This document shows, in pieces, positions 51,419 to 63,954 of a DNA stretch of 64,000 bases; within the stretch, counting starts at the first letter, position 1; each line of letters starts with the position of its first letter. Both the position numbers and the translations under genes were made by a program. Source of the DNA: Scyliorhinus canicula (lineage: Eukaryota); contig NC_052155.1 in assembly GCF_902713615.1 (NCBI RefSeq), positions 77,448,269 to 77,512,268 on the forward strand, written 5' to 3'. The notes beneath the pieces were generated by a model. That model was not told the DNA's origin, searched no databases, and saw only the letters and a list, made by a program, of their open reading frames with translations.

Positions 51419-52882
51419 GCAAGAGTTACTTCTAATGATTATTATTTTCATGTTTTTGTTTACAATCCATGCATCATTTTATAGTCAGTGGGATGGGCAA
51501 GCACCATCTCTCATGCTTCTGGCAATTTCTCTCAAGATAAAATATATTAATCCTGGAAAATGGAACTATCCATTTTTGGCACCCCAAGGTAGGTACAACA
51601 TGGTTAAATGTAAATTACAGCTCCCTATACTCTCTTCCAGCATATGTAATAGCACCAACCTTGGAGGATTATTCCCTACAGCACAAGTGTGATACTTGTT
51701 AGATTACCAGGTCTATGATGACTTCAATCCAGGTTTGATCTCAGCATCAAACATCAATAACTTCTGAAAGCAGTTCATATCTATAAATCTCAAAGGCAGC
51801 GGGGTATCAGAGCAGCCAGAGCTACACATGGGAAAGGGCACTGCCAGGCAGGCATTGCCAAGGTGCCAAGCTGTCATTTTTCTCACGGAGGGAGGGAATC
51901 GGGCCCGGTGGTGCCCTGAGCGATTGAGGTGGGGGCCCCGAGGGCCCGTCTATAGGCAGGTGGGGAGGGGGTCCACGAGAGCGGTTCAACATTTTTAAAA
52001 TGGCCTCCCAAACTCTTCCTGCACTGAGGAGATCTAGCAAGCTCCTCAGTACAGGAAACGGAACTAAGTGCGGCCTCAACAGCCATTCCCCGCTGAAGCC
52101 CTGAATTGCAGATAGTGTGGTGTTGTCTACCAGTAACGGCCATGGAATGAGTAGTCACACATTTGGCAGCTCTCGCTCAAGGTGTTTTTTTTTAGCCTTT
52201 TCCCCATTTGCTGGGTGGATGTTTTGGTGGAAAAAGGTGTAGAGGTGACTGAAGAAAATTAAACTCCACTGGTGGATGGATTCACGGACCAGAAGTGGGT
52301 CGAGAAGAAGGGAGCTGTTGGAGCAAGAAATGATTTGTACGCCACAGGTGAATATGGCGGAGGGTAAAGGGTCAGTCCTGCCTACCCAGTGGTCAACTGA
52401 GAAGCTGGTGGACTTGTTAAATAAGAAGTTCAGCCAGCAGAGGAGGGAAGCTCAGGAAGGCCTAGCCAGGGTGATGGTACCACTAAAAGCGGGAATTGAC
52501 CGGGTGGAGCAGAGGCTAGAGACTCAGGGCTAGGCCATTCGGAAAGTGGAGGAGGCAGTGGGGTAGCAGGAGGAGCAGCTTACCTCATTGGCTGCCGAGA
52601 CTGGAATGTTGCAAGAGACGCAGAAACGGCCAGAAGGTGGAAGACTTAGAGAATCACTCCCAGAGACAAAACTTAAGAATCGTGGAGATGTCCAAAGCCA
52701 TTGAGGGAGCGGACACTGGTTCATATGTAGCCAAAATGCTGGAGACATTGATGGGTTAGGAGGCCATTGACTGGGCCCTGGAGGTCAACTGGGCGCATAG
52801 GGTGCTGATGAGGAAGCTGGAGACAAATGAGCCACTGAGCACAATGATGGTGCGGTTCCACAGATTCCTCAATAAAAAGAAA

Positions 52883-53082
52883 TGATGTGGAGATGCCGGC
52901 GTTGGACTGGAGTGAGCACAGTAAGAAGTCTTACAACACCAGGTTAAAGTCCAACAGGTTTGTTTTGAATCACTAGCTTTCGGAGCACTGCTCCTTCCTC
53001 AGGTGAGGAAGGAGCAGTGCTCCAAAAGCTCGTGTTTGAAACAAACCTGTTGGACTTTAACCTGGTGTTGTAAGACTTCTTA
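52883..53082. mobile_element. 200-bp fold-back hammerhead-bearing non-autonomous element
   Basis: 13-bp TSD caataaaaagaaa; ~80-bp inverted arms at 52921-53001 and 53004-53083. Confidence 0.85.
52970..53006 (-). ncRNA. Minimal type I hammerhead ribozyme motif with intact core
   Basis: Minus strand: tcac CTGAGGA a ggagc agt gctcc GAAA gc TA gtga. Confidence 0.75.
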
Positions 53083-54049
53083 CAATAAAAAGAAAGTATT
53101 GTGGTCGGCAAGGCAGACGAGGACGTGCACCTGGGAAGGCAAGGAGCTCCGGGTGTACCAGGGCCTCGGTGCGGACCTGTCGAAGAGGAGAGCCGGGGAG
53201 AAGGGGGTGAAGTTTGGAATGCTGTACCCAGTCCCCCTCTGGATGACTCACAGAATTTTGGGACACCAGAGGAGGCGATGGAGTTTTTAAAAGAGACAAT
53301 GGACTGGCACAAGAAGGTAGACACTTAATTGTGGAGGAGGAGTGAGGAAATGTTCGTTTTCGCTGCCTTTTTCTTTTTTATTGCCTTTTGTTTGAGAACT
53401 TCTCTCCTTTGAGATGTTTGGTTGTGTTCTGTGGTGGGATGTTTGGGAAGTGTGGAGGTGGAGTGCTTCCCCCCTACATTATCGCAGGCGTCCATATCTC
53501 TAATATTAAAGAAGGATAAAGATCCGAAGCAGTGTAGGTCCTATCGGCCGATATCGTTGCTAAATGTGGTCGGTGAGTTGTTGGCAAAGGTCCTGCACTG
53601 GCGAATTGAGGACAGTGTGCCGGAGGTGATGGGGAAGACAAGACGGGGCTCGTAAAGGGGAAGCAACTGTCAGCGAAGTTGAGATTACTAAATGTGATGG
53701 TGATGCTCCCAGAGGGACTGGACTTGGAGGTGGCAGATACAATGGATGCAGAGAAGGCTTTTGATCGGGTAGAATGGGAATAGTTGTGGAATGTGTTAGG
53801 ATGTTTTGGGTTCGGGCAGGGGTTTGTAGATTGTTGTATAGGGCACCGATTGTATAAGGTGCAGATAGCGAGCGAATTGGGTGAGGTTGGGGACTTCGGG
53901 TTACACCGTGGGACAAGGTAGGGGTACCCACTTTCCCCATTGCTTTTTGCCTTGGCAATACAGCCACTGGCAATGGTGCTTAAAGCATCAAGGAGTTGGA
54001 GAGGGATTGTGCTGGGGCAGGGAGGTGTTGAGCACAGGGTATCTCTATA

Positions 54050-54395
54050 TAGAACATAGAACAGTACAGCACAGAACAGGCCCTTCGGCCCTCAATGTTG
54101 TGCCGAGCCATGATCACCCTACTCAAACCCACATATCCACCCTATACCCGTAACCCAAAAACCCCCCCCTTAACCTTACTTTTTAATTAGGACACTACGG
54201 GCAATTTAGCATGGCCAATCCACCTAACCCGCACATCTTTGGACTGTGGGAGGAAACCGGAGCACCCGGAGGAAACCCACGCACACAGGGGGAGGACATG
54301 CAGACTCCACACAGACAGTGACCCAGCCGGGAATCGAACCTGGGACCCTGGAGCTGTGAAGCATTTATGCTAACCACCATGCTACCCTGCTGCCC
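54050..54395 (-). mobile_element. Full-length HE1-like V-SINE with CR1-type tail
   Basis: Nearly identical to 9277-9628. Confidence 0.9.
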
Positions 54396-55737
54396 CTATG
54401 CTGGGACAACCTGTTGCTTTATATCTCGGACACACTGGGAGGCATCGGGGGGAATTACGGGTATCTTGGAGGAGTTTGGCTGGTTTTCCGGATATAAACT
54501 AAACATGGAGAAGAGAGAGGTCTTCCTGATCGAGGCAGGGGGTAGGAGAGCAGGTTGTGTGAACTGCTGTTTAAGGTGGTGGCGACGAGTTTCAGGTAGT
54601 TGGGCATCCAGATGCCATGGGGATGGGAACAACTGCACAAATTGAATCTGGCATGTTTGGTGGAACAGATGAAGGGGGACTTCAAGGGGTGGGATGTGCT
54701 GTCACAATTGCTGGCGGGGCGATTGTAAACCGTGAAAATGGCAGTGCTGCTGAGGCTTTTATTTGTTTTTCAGAACCTCACGATCTTCATCCCCAAATCA
54801 TTCTCTAGGAAAGTTAATTTGTTGTTCTCAGGATTTGTGTAGGCGGATTTGTGTGGTCGGGGGAAACCCCATGGGTAAAGAAGGTGTTGGAACGGGGGCG
54901 AGGCTGGCCTTGCCAAACATAATGAATTATTACTGGGCAGCGAATATTGCTATGGTGAGACAGTGGGTGAGGGGTCAGTATAGGGGCTGATGGAGGCAGC
55001 CTCTTGCAGGGGCAGGAGTTTAGGAGCATTGTTACCGGCGTGCCTGCCATTCTCGCCGGCCAAGTGCTCCATGAGCCCCGTGATAGTAGTGGCCTGGGTG
55101 TGTGGGGACAGTGGCGGCAGCATTTGAGGTTGGAAGGTGCCTCGGTGTGGGCACCGATTTGCGGTAATCACAGATTTGCACCAGGAGGCGTTGGACGCGG
55201 GGCTTCAGAGGTGGCGATGGGCAGGGATCAAGCAGTTTGATGACCTGTTTGTGGGGGGCTGCTTCGCGAGTTTAGAGGACTTGGAGGAGGAATTTGAACT
55301 GCCCACTGGGAACAGGTTCGGGACTTTGTGAGGAAGCAGGTGCCACCTTTTCCAGATTTGCCGCTCCCGGGATTACAGGATAAGGTACTATTGAAGGAAG
55401 GAGTGGGGGAAGGCAAGGTGTCCGAGATATACAAGGAGCTAATGGACTGGGAGGAGAAGTCAAGCGGAAATGGGAGGAGAAAATGGGGGGTAAATGAAGG
55501 TTGGGTTGTGGGAGGAGGCTCTGAGGAGGGTGAATGCATCCTCGCTGTGCCCGAGGCACACTTATCCAGTTTAAGATAGTTCATCGGGCACATATGACAG
55601 TGGCCAGGATGAGCAGGTTCTTTGAGGAGGTGGAGGATAGGTGTGGACGGTGTGCTGGAAGGCCCACGAACCATGTTCCCACAAAGTGAGGTTCTGGCAA
55701 GTGTTCACGGACTTAAACAGAGGGTGACGGTGGCCCC

Positions 55738-56074
55738 TGTGATGTTCTTTGCTTTGTTGATGAGGCTGGCTTCAAAATGTAGTGTCTCTCAAATGAGAAT
55801 CAAGCTATGGTTTAAACAAAGCTAATTTATTAACACAACTAAATGGATTTGAATTACTCACCAAGATATAAATATTACAAAATACACTAAGTCTATGATT
55901 CTTTCTGCAGAGCTTCTGGAAATACGCCTACTCTCTATCCCACCTAATCAACTACTGCGCTGAATCAAGGGTATCACGTGATTCACATGCATGCTCTTGA
56001 TCACCATCTAGTGGTTGGATGTATTCACATTAAATTGTGAACCCTTCATTTACAATATAATATATATTGTCACA
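55738..56074 (-). mobile_element. Solo LTR inserted in L1
   Basis: tgtga...tcaca; perfect 5-bp TSD gcccc; minus-strand aataaa. Confidence 0.85.
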
Positions 56075-58732
56075 GCCCCGAGTCCAGAAGTGATGATATT
56101 TGGTGTGTTGGAAGACCTGGGAGTCCAGGGAGGAAGAGTGGTCGATGTTTTGGCCTTTGCCTCCCTGGTAGCCCAGAGATGGGTTCTCCTGGAGTGGAGG
56201 GACGCGGAGCCACCAAAACCAGGGGGGTGGGTGAGTCACCTGGCAAAGTTCCTAAGGCTGGAGAAAATCAAGTTCTCCTTCAGAGAGTCGGTTGATGGGT
56301 TTGCCTGGAGATGGAAATCGTTCATTGACTTCTTCAAGAAGAATTGTGGTGTCATCAGTGGGGGGATAAAGGGGTTAAAATGAGGAAGACAGGGCGGGAG
56401 GAGGGGAATGGTAGGGTGGTTGGGGCATTTGGGTAGATATCCTCTTTGTTCTTGTGTTGGTTAGTGTTAAATGTTCATACAAAAGCTTCATAGAATTAAT
56501 TGGCATGAAAAGTCTGGAAGAGCAAAGGATGGTTGATGGGAGGACATGAGTTGGCATTAAGTTTGCATGGAAGCTTTAAGGGACCATGGGGCTGGGTGGG
56601 GGTCATGGGATGGCATGGAGAGTGGGTGGGGTAAAGGCTAGAGGGCCTAATATTTAAGAAACCAACTGGGATGAAGTCCAAATGCAATGAGGTGGGCCTT
56701 TTAAACAGTCTCCCTCGGCACTCGACACCCACTGTATGTGACTGCAATATGCAACTGTGGATAGAGGGCATCCTCCCCTCCTGCACTGCCCCATTTCCCG
56801 AGTCAAGTGTTCCAAGCCAGTAAATATTTTTATTCAAGCTACCCATCTCTGGAGTGAAATGCGGAAGATGTTTCATGTCTTCAAAGATTAGATACTTTTG
56901 CATGGTTATGTAGACGTTACACACAAGGAGAATGGCACCTTAAAGTAGAGATGTTTCAAGTAATTCTGACTTTGTGAAACAATGTAAAATGGTCAAGCCC
57001 CTTTTATAACTCAGTGGGTTTGAGGCAGTACTGTAAAATACTGTACCTGCCCTCCAACCCAATTTTACCAGTGGTGGGGAGGCGTTTGCTTATTTAAGGT
57101 CCTTAAGTAGCCAATTTAAGCCCACTTAAGGGCCTCATCCAATCGCCACTGAGACTTAACTATCATCTGGAGATGTCCATGCCAAATTTCCAGCACTGCG
57201 GCTTTCTCTGTATGGGCTGATGTTGTGAAGGCAGGTCGCTTCATTCATAGGGACTTTGCCAGGAATGTCAGCCTGGCCCCTGTGAACCCCCAAGTCTCAT
57301 CTCCGGACATGGCTCTAACACAACACATCTTCTTGCCGATCTCGCTGCAGTACTCACCACTCCTGGTGGTGCTTCCACTACTGGAAAACTGCCATCCTCT
57401 GATTGGCTGACAGCTCCTTGAGGTGGGACTTCCTGTTTCTGAGGAATGGAAGTCCTGCCTCAAGCCAATTAATGACAGTCAACCAACCAGAGAAAGGTTT
57501 GGCCATGGATTTTATGTGGGGTGATACCACCACCTGCAATGTAAAATCCAACCCTATATCAATCTTGATGTTGGCCGGAATTTTCCAGCCTCCCATGCTG
57601 GGTCAGCGAGCCATTGAAATCTCTTCAAACTGCCAGGACTGGAAAATCCCACCGACATGAAGGGTTAGAAAATTCTGGCCTATATACCTGAAAAAAATAA
57701 ACTCTGGCCGTGTATCTATTATTTTCACAGTTAGTCTGTTTATTTTGTACATTCAGTGGAATACACATGTCACGTCGCAATTTAATAATCGTCAGAAAAT
57801 GCCTGAAGTGAGTATCAATAATTGCAACGCAAATTTCCCCCCATACATTCATCCACCTTTACCGCAACAACACAAATACATCTTAAAGAGTTAAAAGATT
57901 ATAGATACTGTGGCTGGCATGAAGATTTTTACAAATACAACTTAAGAGGCGGATTCACAGCTTTGTTGCAGAGCCTCGCCTGTGGCATCATGTGTCATAT
58001 TGTGAAATATTCTCTGTCTCAACACCTGCTTTAATGGTGTTTTAGTCAGATGCTGTTTCTCTTGCAGGAAAAACACATCACTGGTGTGTCTGCTGCCGCT
58101 GAGGTCCTTTTTACTCCAGGGCATAAAGCAGATAAATAAAATTAACCAACAGCAACATCAAGGGGAGTTCATGCTGCTTCCAGTATTTGTAGTCAATCTC
58201 CTGTCGCATTATTAGCTCACAGTAAAACCATCATCAAAACATTGTCCTGATTGGTATTATTCAATAATCAACTGAACCATAAGGTCAGGAATATCCCAGA
58301 TTCCATTCCCAAACGCTTGATTTTCATGAACGGAGCTGCAACCAGTGATAAAAATGCCACAGTTGGCCTCAGTGTCCATAGGTTAGGGAAACTAAATGGC
58401 TATCAGCGGGTTTGCTGCTTATGATGGCCAAAGTTGCTTGGTAAGTAAAAATAAAAGATATGTTAACAACCTCCACCAGTAAAGCCAGCACGTACAAACC
58501 ATTCAATTTCTAGGAAATCATCAAAAAATATTTATTTCACTGTCTACAAAAATTCTCTTAGAATTCCAAACATTTACTCAGGATTCCATGCACTTTCCCA
58601 GCAACCTTTCCTTGCATCAGTGCTACTGTTGACTCTACATAAGCCTTGCCCCCGGAGATCTTCTCGTATTTTTAGAAGTTGAAATTAAACATTGGTGGAA
58701 CACGCTGAAAAATATTTTTGGATTTATTTTAG

Positions 58733-58778
58733 GTGTGTTATTTTCAACAATAGAGGAGTTTCTGGAGAGAAACTTTTG
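58733..58778 (+). CDS. ABHD3: ABHD3 coding exon 4 (46 bp); gene continues beyond the window
   Basis: Acceptor tttattttag|; (R)CVIFNNRGVSGEKLL; donor TTG|gtaagt. Too short to appear in the ORF track. Confidence 0.9.
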
Positions 58779-59426
58779 GTAAGTTTTTTTAAAAATCCAT
58801 GAATACTGTGGGAACTGTTTATCAATGCATATTTAAGCTATGGAGAGGGTCCACAAATTTGGATACTGTCCCTGCATCATAATACTAGGAATGTGGCTTG
58901 TCTGGCAGGAGCATGCATTAGAAATTAAAGGACAAACTGTGTAAAAATAAAATAGTTTGTTCCACTCTCCCCTCTCCCACACACAATAAATAGATTGTCT
59001 TAAAGAGTGCATCACTAACTTGAAACATAAATGGTGAATTTTATGATGGAATGTTTCCCTTGCCCACATCCACCCCTCCACCGCCCCCACAGATGCAAAG
59101 TCAATCGGAATCACACCAACCTTAACCCCACCGCAAATATATATACCCCACCTTCCAGTTTGCCTTTAGCCCATGCAGATTGCCCCTTGCCTCGATAGGC
59201 CTAAGTGCAGATGGCCTCTCTCTCAAATTTATCCCAAAGAGTTCTAAAGTAACAGCTTGCCCCAGCTAAATGACAGGCAGGAAAAGAACAACTGATCCAG
59301 ATTTATAATTCCCTGGTCATCATGAACAGACAGTTCCTGCGCACCAACAGCCATGTAATCACCTAGGATTAAAAAAACTAAAAGCTACAGAGGGGAAAAG
59401 TGAAAAAAAATATGGAAGTACAGTTT

Positions 59427-60248
59427 GGGCACGATTCTCCCAAAGGGGAACAAAGTCCCATGGTGAGTGTGTTTAGCTGCGTGTTTCCTGGTGCACACAG
59501 TGCCAAGCAGCACATGGCTAATCAACACGACTTGCGTTGTACAAGGGGCCTGAATGGGGAACACACAGCTGAGAATGCACATAGCCCCATTCGCCAAAAC
59601 TCCCGGGAGTAGCGAGAGATCAGGGCGCCATATTTAAATGCCGTCCTGATCTCCAAGGCCCCCGCAAAGCTATTCCCGACCTGCCTATCCCCCAGTCCAA
59701 ATGCATTATGGGAGGGTAGGACATCCACGTAGGACACGAGCAGCCCACTCCCAAGCGCATAAAAATGCCAGCTTGGCACTACCAACCTCGCAGTGCCCAT
59801 GCTGGATGGCAGTGCCACCTGGGCAGTGCCAGGCTAGAACCAGGTGGCACCACCAGGGTGCCCAGGTGGCATTGCCAAGGGCATGCCAAAGGGCATGCAG
59901 CTGGGTGCCTCCGATCCCCTGGAAGACTCTCATGAGTGCCATTCCATCTGGAATGGGACTCACCCGAGGTCACTGAGGCCAAGGAGATAAATCCCAAAGC
60001 CTCAGATTCTTTGGGAATCTGCACATTAGAGTGATGCTAACTGCCTCACACTAATATACAGATTTGCTAAAAAGTTATCCTGCTCAAAATGGATGGGATT
60101 TACATCGCAACATCTGCGAGATCGCGTTGGAATTCACAAGGAGTTGCGAGCCAGGTAGATCCTGGGAGCAGGATCTCCCAGCTTTCATTGACCACGCTGC
60201 GTCACGGTGAGCTGGTATTCGGGTGCAGAATGGCCATTGGATCTCACA
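59427..60248. mobile_element. MITE / non-autonomous DNA transposon
   Basis: Left TIR gggcacgattctcc, degenerate right TIR, tggca/tgcca repeat block. Confidence 0.55.
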
Positions 60249-60624
60249 CTTTGTGTTTCAGGGATGCATCACACTTGAAAACATGTCATTAATTTAAAAA
60301 TCCACCCAAATACCCCTTCTTAAAACATACAGGTTGGATTATATGCTGAGGGTGGGATCCCTGCTCACCACTGTAAATGTCAGGGATGAACCTGCCACTG
60401 GTTGGCCAGCTCATCTCCCCCTTAGATTTTCTGCCATTGGGCCTTTAATTATTATGAAGGCAGCCCTCTGCCCCTCTTCAGTGGGCAGTCCCTGTACCGA
60501 ATATTCTGTAAGTATTGTATGTAACTGTCACTTGAAATCTTGAAAATAATTTTTTAAGGTGTCTAAAAGTTAAATAGTTAACTTTGATCAGAGAAAGAGC
60601 TGAAGTAGATCAACAAATTTAAAA

Positions 60625-63600
60625 CGAAAGGGAAAATGCTGGAAAATCTCAGCAAGTCTGGCAGCACCTGTAGGGAGAGAAAAGAGCTAACGTTTCAAGT
60701 CAAAACTAACAGACAAAAAGAGTGGGAAATATTTATACTGTGGAGTGAGAATGAAAGATGAGTCATAGCCACAGAAACCCAGGGAAACCGGGTGCTAATG
60801 GCCACAGATACCAAGGGGAAAGAGTGCTAATGGCAGTCCCCAGAGAGGACAAAAGATGTGAAAGGTCAAACAGCAGGGAAACTAACATCAGAGGATGAAC
60901 TGTCGGTGTGGGGGGAGGGGAACGGGAAGCAAAGAGGTGAAAGGTGCAGGAAAGAAAGAAATGGTAAAAGACAGTTAAAATGAAATGAAAACAAATGGGT
61001 CGAGGTGGGACTGATCATCTGAAGTTGTTGAATTCGATGTTCAGGCCGGAAGGCTGTAGCGTGCCTAACCGGAAGATGTGGTGTTGTTCCTCCAGTGTGC
61101 GTTGCGCTTCACTGGAACATTGCAGCAGACCAAGAACAGACATATGGGCATGGGAGCAGGGTCTTTTGTTAAAAAGGCAAGCAACAGGAAGGTCAGGATC
61201 CTGAATGCGCACCAACCGAAGATGTCCAGCAAAGCGATCACCCAGTCTACATTTGATCTCTCCGATATGGAGGAGACCACATTGGGAGCAACGAATGCAA
61301 TAGATCAAATTGAAAGAGGTGCAAGTGAAACGCTGCGTAACCTGGAATGAGTGTTTTGGGCCTGGGATGAGGGGCCGAGGGTAGTGGCGCGGGAGATGGA
61401 CCGCACACTGTTGAGGGCCCTGTTCACAACTGTAGGTGGGAAATCACGATCGAGAAGAAGGAACACATTTTCGAAGCACCATTTTGGAAAGTGGCATCGT
61501 CGGAACACATGCGACAGAGGCGAAGGAGTTGAGAGAAAGGGATGGAGTCCTTACAGGGTGTAGGGTGTGAAGAGCTGTAGTCCAGATAGCTGTGGGAGTC
61601 AGTGGGCTTGTAGTGGATATTAGTGGATAGTCTATTGCCGGAAATGGAGACAGAAAGATCAGGGAAGGGAAGGGAAGTGTCTGAGATTGTCCAGGTGAAA
61701 GTGATGGAGCGGTGGAAACTGGAAGTAAAGTTGATGAATTTTTACAGGTCCGGGCGAGAGCATGATGCGACACTAAAATAGTCATCAATGTATCAGTAAA
61801 GGACTTGTGGCAGGGGGCCCAGATAGGCCTGGAATAAGGATTGTTCCACATACCCCATAAAAAGGGGTATGTGGACAAAGGGGGTGCTGTTGTCATCTGG
61901 CGCACTGACCTCTACCTCAGAGGCTGTGCGCCAACTCTCCGATACTTCCTCTTACCTCCCCCTGGACCATGACCAGACCACTGAACATCAAACCATTAAC
62001 TCCAACACCGTTAGTGACCTCATTTCCTCCGGATGCCTTCCCCCTACGGCTTCCAACCTCATAGTCCCCCAACCCCGGACAGCCCGCTTTTACCTACTTC
62101 CAAAATCCACAAAAAGGACTGTTCCAGCAGGCCCATTGTGTCAGCATGCTCCTGCCCCACCGAACTTATTTCCTCTTATCTTGACTCCATCCTCACTCCT
62201 CTTGTCCATTCCCTCCCCACCTACAACCAGGATTCCTCTGATGCCCTGCGTCATATTGACAGCTTCCAGTTCGTGGGCCCTAACCGCATTCTATTCACCA
62301 TGGATGTGCAATCTCTCTACACCTCCATCCCACACCAGGATGGCCTGAGAGCTCTTCGCTTCTTTCTCGAAAAGAGGCCCAGACAATGCCCATCCACCAC
62401 CACTCTCCTCCGCCTGGCGGAACTCGTTCTATCTCTGAACAACTTCTCCTTTAACTCATCTCACGTTCTCCAAATCAAAGGTGTAGCAATGGGTACCCGC
62501 ATGAGTCCTAGCTACGCTTGCCTTTTTATGGGGTATGTTCCAGTTTCCACCTCTCCATCACTTTCACCTGGTCCATCTCAGACACTTCCCTTCCTTTCCT
62601 TGATCTTTCTGTCTCCATTTCCGGCAACAGACTATCCACTAATATCCACTACAAGCCCACTGACTCCCACAGCTATCTGGACTACAGCTCTTCACACCCT
62701 ACACCCTGTAAGGACTCCATCCCTTTCTCTCAACTCCTTCGCCTCCGTCGCATTTGTTCCGACGATGCCACTTTCCAAAATGGTGCTTAGAAAATGTGTT
62801 CCCTCTTCCTCGACCGTGATTTCCCACCTACAGTTGTGGACAGGGCCCTCAACAGTGTGCGGTCCATCTCCTGCACCACTACCCTCGGCCCCTCCACTCC
62901 CTCCCAGAACAAGGATAGAGTCTCCCTCGTTCTCACATTTCATCCCACCAGCCTCCGTATGCAAAGCATAATCCTCCGCCATTTTCGCCAACTCCAGCGT
63001 GATGCCACCACCAAACACATCTTCCCTTCACTCCCTCTGTCAGCATTCCGCAGAGACCGTTCCCTCCGAAACAATCTAGTCCACTCCTCCACCATACCCA
63101 GTACCTCTCCCATCACCCATGGCACCTTCCCATACAATCACAAGAGGTGTAACACCTGCCCCGTTACCTCTTCCATGCTTAACATTCCAGGCCCAAAACA
63201 CTCATTCCAGGTTAAGCAGCGTTTCACTTGCACCTCTTTCAATCTGGTCTATTGCATTCGCTGCTCCCAATGTGGTCTCCTCTATATCGGAGAGACCAAA
63301 CGCAGACTGGGTGATCGCTTTGCTGAGCATCTTCGGTCTGTGCGCATTCAGGATCCTGACCTTCCTGTTGCTTGCCATTTTAACAAAAAACCCTGCTCCC
63401 ATGCCCACATGTCTGTTCTTGGCCTGCTGCAATGTTCCAGTGAAGCTCAACGCAAACTGGAGGAACAACACCTCATCTTCCGATTAGGCACACTACAGCC
63501 TTCCGGCCTGAACATCGAATTCAACAATTTCAGATGATCAGCCCCACCTCGACCCATTTGTTTTCATTTCATTTTAACTGTCTTTTACCATTTCTTTCTT

Positions 63601-63954
63601 TCCTGCACCTTTCTCCTCTTTGCTTCCCCCTTCCTCTCCCCCCACACCGACAGTTCATCCTCTGATGTTAGTTTCCCTGCTGTTTGACCTTTCACATTTT
63701 TTGTCCTCTTTCCCCTTGGTACCTGTGGCCATTAGCACCCGGCTTCCCTGGGTTTCTGTGGCTATGACTAATCTTTCATTCTCACTCCACAGTATAAATA
63801 TTTCCCACTCTCTCTGTCTGTCAACTTTGACAAAGAGTCATCGGACTTGAAACGTTAGCTCTTTTCTCTCCCTACAGATGCTGCCAGACTTGCTGAGATT
63901 TTCCAGCATTTTCCCTTTCGTTTCAGATTCCAGCATCCGCAGTAATTTACTTTT
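60625..63954 (+). mobile_element. Penelope-like retroelement (RT + GIY-YIG), 5'-truncated with inverted 5' arm
   Basis: 13-bp TSD aacaaatttaaaa (60612-60624 and 63955-63967). DKGGAVV, MDVQSLYTSIP, GVAMG; GIY-YIG VYCIRCSQCGLLYIGETKRRLGDRFAEH...GLN. 60625-61863 is an inverted copy of the 3' part. Confidence 0.93.

Larger units (their letters stand above)
52126..56480 (+). mobile_element. Old, internally deleted L1 in ABHD3 intron 3, carrying three nested insertions
   Basis: ORF1 relics (LRVYQGLGADL); ORF2 relics (SYRPISLLN, MDAEKAFDRVEW, YYWAANIA, LAFASLVA). Confidence 0.85.

Noticed and set aside
51419-51692. ORF extension beyond ABHD3 exon 3
   Set aside because: Similarity stops at GYR; the remainder is intronic read-through.
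58270-58440. Possible ancient SINE relic near exon 4
   Set aside because: Similarity too weak to assign without a database search.
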